Shown: positions 49,036-50,802 of the stretch, piece after piece
Layout of the letters: every line of letters begins with the position of its first letter
Position numbering within the stretch: position 1 is the first letter of the stretch
From: Elusimicrobiota bacterium
Lineage (GTDB): Bacteria; Elusimicrobiota; Elusimicrobia; UBA1565
Reading direction: 5' to 3'
NCBI GenBank assembly: GCA_043819795.1
Contig: JBDREN010000037.1
Span: 1-50,802 of the forward strand
DNA: 50,802 nucleotides
The notes under the pieces: model-generated
Seen by the model: only the letters and a program-made list of their open reading frames with translations
The model's database searches: none
Told to the model about the DNA's origin: nothing
Position numbers and translations under genes: made by a program

Positions 49036-50155
49036 AAAAATGATCGCGGTCCTCGTCTTCGTGTCCGCGGCGGCCTTCTGTCCCGTCTCATCGGGCGCGG
49101 GTCAGCGGCAAGACGCCGAGGCGCTGGCCGTGCTCGCGATGAGCCTCGACAGCCCCCGGGTCCCCTACGAGGGAGAGGTCTCGGTCGTGACGCGGCACGG
49201 CGACCGCGAGAGCGTCCGGCGGCTGCTGGTCACTTTCTCGCCCCCGGCCCGCTACCGCCGCGAGATCGTCGACCGTCTCGGCTTTCCGGTCCTCCTGATC
49301 GTCTCGGACGGCGAGACCGAATGGGTCTACGACCGCCGGCGCGGCGCGGCCTGGAGGGGCGAGCCGGCCGATCCCGATTACAAGCTCCTCGACCCCGACG
49401 AGGAGTACGCACTGCTCGTCGAAAACTATGTCTTCCGGCTCACGGAAAGCGAGCGGATCGCCGGACGCCTGTGCCGGGTGCTCGAAGTCCGCTCGCGCCG
49501 GGAGGACCGCGTGGTCCGCAGGCTCTGGGTCGACCGCGAGCACGGCGTCGTCCTGCAGCGGGCTGCGCTGCGTCCCGACGGGACCGAGTCGTCGCGCATC
49601 AGCTTCGCCCGGATCCGGTTCCCGGAGAGAGTCGAGGATGGCGTCTTCGCGTTCCACCCCCCGCCGCGCGTCCGGGTCGAGCCCAGCCGGCTCGCGCCCG
49701 ACTACCTCGACCTGGAGGAGGCGGCGTCGGCCACCGCCATGCGGCCGCGGCTCCCGAAGTGGCTGCCGCCGGGCTACGTGTTCGAGAGCGTCAACCTCCT
49801 GGCCCATAAGGGAGCGACGATCCTGCACTACCGCTACTCTGACGGAATAGACGTCCTGTCTTTGTTCCAGGCACCGAAGCGGGCGCGCCTGAGCTTCGCC
49901 GCTTCGGTCGCGGCGGAGCCGGCCCGCAAGGTGCGCCTGCGGGCCGGCACGGGCCGAGTGGCGCTATGGCCCGACGGCAAGATCCTCGAATGGGGGGCGG
50001 ACGAGCGGTTCGTGCTGATCGGCCGCGTGGGTCTCGACGCTCTGCGCCGCGTGGCTGACTCGATCCCTGAGCGCTCGGCGCTCCGAGGGGACCGCCTCAC
50101 GTCGGCAGCGCCGCTCGAGGCGCGGCCGCTCAAGGGCGCGGAGGAGACGCGATAG
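49025..50155 (+). CDS. MucB/RseB-family periplasmic negative regulator
   Basis: Signal peptide; ERIAGRLC..LWVDREHG and PKWLPPGY..YSDGIDVLSLFQ motifs. Confidence 0.85.
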   Translation: MSIRKMIAVLVFVSAAAFCPVSSGAGQRQDAEALAVLAMSLDSPRVPYEGEVSVVTRHGDRESVRRLLVTFSPPARYRREIVDRLGFPVLLIVSDGETEWVYDRRRGAAWRGEPADPDYKLLDPDEEYALLVENYVFRLTESERIAGRLCRVLEVRSRREDRVVRRLWVDREHGVVLQRAALRPDGTESSRISFARIRFPERVEDGVFAFHPPPRVRVEPSRLAPDYLDLEEAASATAMRPRLPKWLPPGYVFESVNLLAHKGATILHYRYSDGIDVLSLFQAPKRARLSFAASVAAEPARKVRLRAGTGRVALWPDGKILEWGADERFVLIGRVGLDALRRVADSIPERSALRGDRLTSAAPLEARPLKGAEETR

Positions 50156-50802
50156 TGCCCGCGATACCGGCGTTGCTGCTTGGGCTGCTCTTGGCGGCCC
50201 CCCAGGCTGGCGCCGCGTCCGAGGCAGGGGCGTCCCGCGTGGCGCCTCCTCGTGAGCTTCCCGTGGAGGCGGAGCTCGAGGATCGCGTCCGGCGCGATCG
50301 GAACGCGGTGAGGCGGGCGCAGCGCGCGTTCAAGCGCGCCCGCGAGAAGGGGGACGCGGAAGCCGCGCGGACCGCCGAGCTGCGCCTGGAGCAGGTCAAG
50401 GCCGCCTCGCGCGTCAGCCGCGACCAATTGCGGGCGGCGGTCGAGCGCGGAGAGGTATCGCCGGGCTACGGCGAGCTCAAGCGGAGTGTACGGAGCCAGC
50501 TCAACGCCGTGCGCCGGGCGCGCTACTCCCTCAAGCGGGCGCAGCGGATGTCGGATAGCAAGGGCACCCTCCGGGCCCGGGATCGGTCGCGGGAGGCGAA
50601 GCGGGTCCTGAAGCGGCAGCGGATGCGGATGCGCCGGTTTCTGCGGAGGCAGGGCCCGCCCCACCCTGATGACGACGCAAATCCCGAGGGCGCCGGGCAC
50701 GGCTCCCCTGCCGGGTCGCCGCACCCTGACGCCGACGCCGTTACCGAGGGCGCCGGGCACGGCTCCCCTGCCGGGTCGCCGCACCCTGACGCCGACGCAG
50801 TT
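50155..50802 (+). CDS. secreted Arg-rich helical protein, 3'-truncated, running into 20-aa repeats
   Basis: GTG overlaps the rseB-like stop and follows a GGAGGAG RBS; reads MPAIPALLLGLLLAAPQAGA... open to the window end (not in the ORF track). Confidence 0.65.
   Translation, partial: MPAIPALLLGLLLAAPQAGAASEAGASRVAPPRELPVEAELEDRVRRDRNAVRRAQRAFKRAREKGDAEAARTAELRLEQVKAASRVSRDQLRAAVERGEVSPGYGELKRSVRSQLNAVRRARYSLKRAQRMSDSKGTLRARDRSREAKRVLKRQRMRMRRFLRRQGPPHPDDDANPEGAGHGSPAGSPHPDADAVTEGAGHGSPAGSPHPDADAV
50662..50802. repeat. 60-bp tandem repeat (at least 2.3 copies, runs off the window)
   Basis: Units at 50683 and 50743. Confidence 0.92.

Noticed and set aside
50662..50802. CRISPR array from the 60-bp repeats
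   Set aside because: The variable part is only ~6 nt and the repeat is too long

Overview
GC-rich bacterial chromosomal window, most likely from Elusimicrobiota. That assignment is an inference from the PorV-like and T9SS-CTD-like genes and the overall gene content, and cannot be verified here. In order it holds: (1) a minus-strand housekeeping block comM-LysM-TPR-HTH-dprA-topA-xerC-hypothetical-purA; (2) a ~3.9 kb lower-GC islet with a nuclease fragment, an RCC1-repeat protein, a terminase-small-subunit-like gene and a collagen-like protein, bracketed by inverted copies of a MITE-like repeat; (3) pheA-aroF-tyrA with a second MITE type between pheA and aroF; (4) a 13 kb zone with six paralogous REC+winged-helix response regulators (five exactly 229 aa, most with a recognisable sigma70 promoter), interleaved with a PAS kinase/NarL-type pair and a CTD-protein/PorV/fibre-adhesin cassette; (5) a cNMP-binding protein, hbd and an acyl-CoA dehydrogenase; (6) an envelope lipid/glycan cluster with a PIG-like phosphotransferase, a flavoprotein, a glycosyltransferase-Lnt fusion, and a convergent lgt-geranylgeranyl reductase-membrane protein operon followed by two small secreted proteins ending GGGCCG; (7) an ECF sigma/anti-sigma/RseB operon flanked by 60-bp repeats and preceded by a duplicated ECF promoter. 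No rRNA, tRNA, CRISPR array, transposase or reverse transcriptase was recognised. All annotations come from motif recognition by eye.
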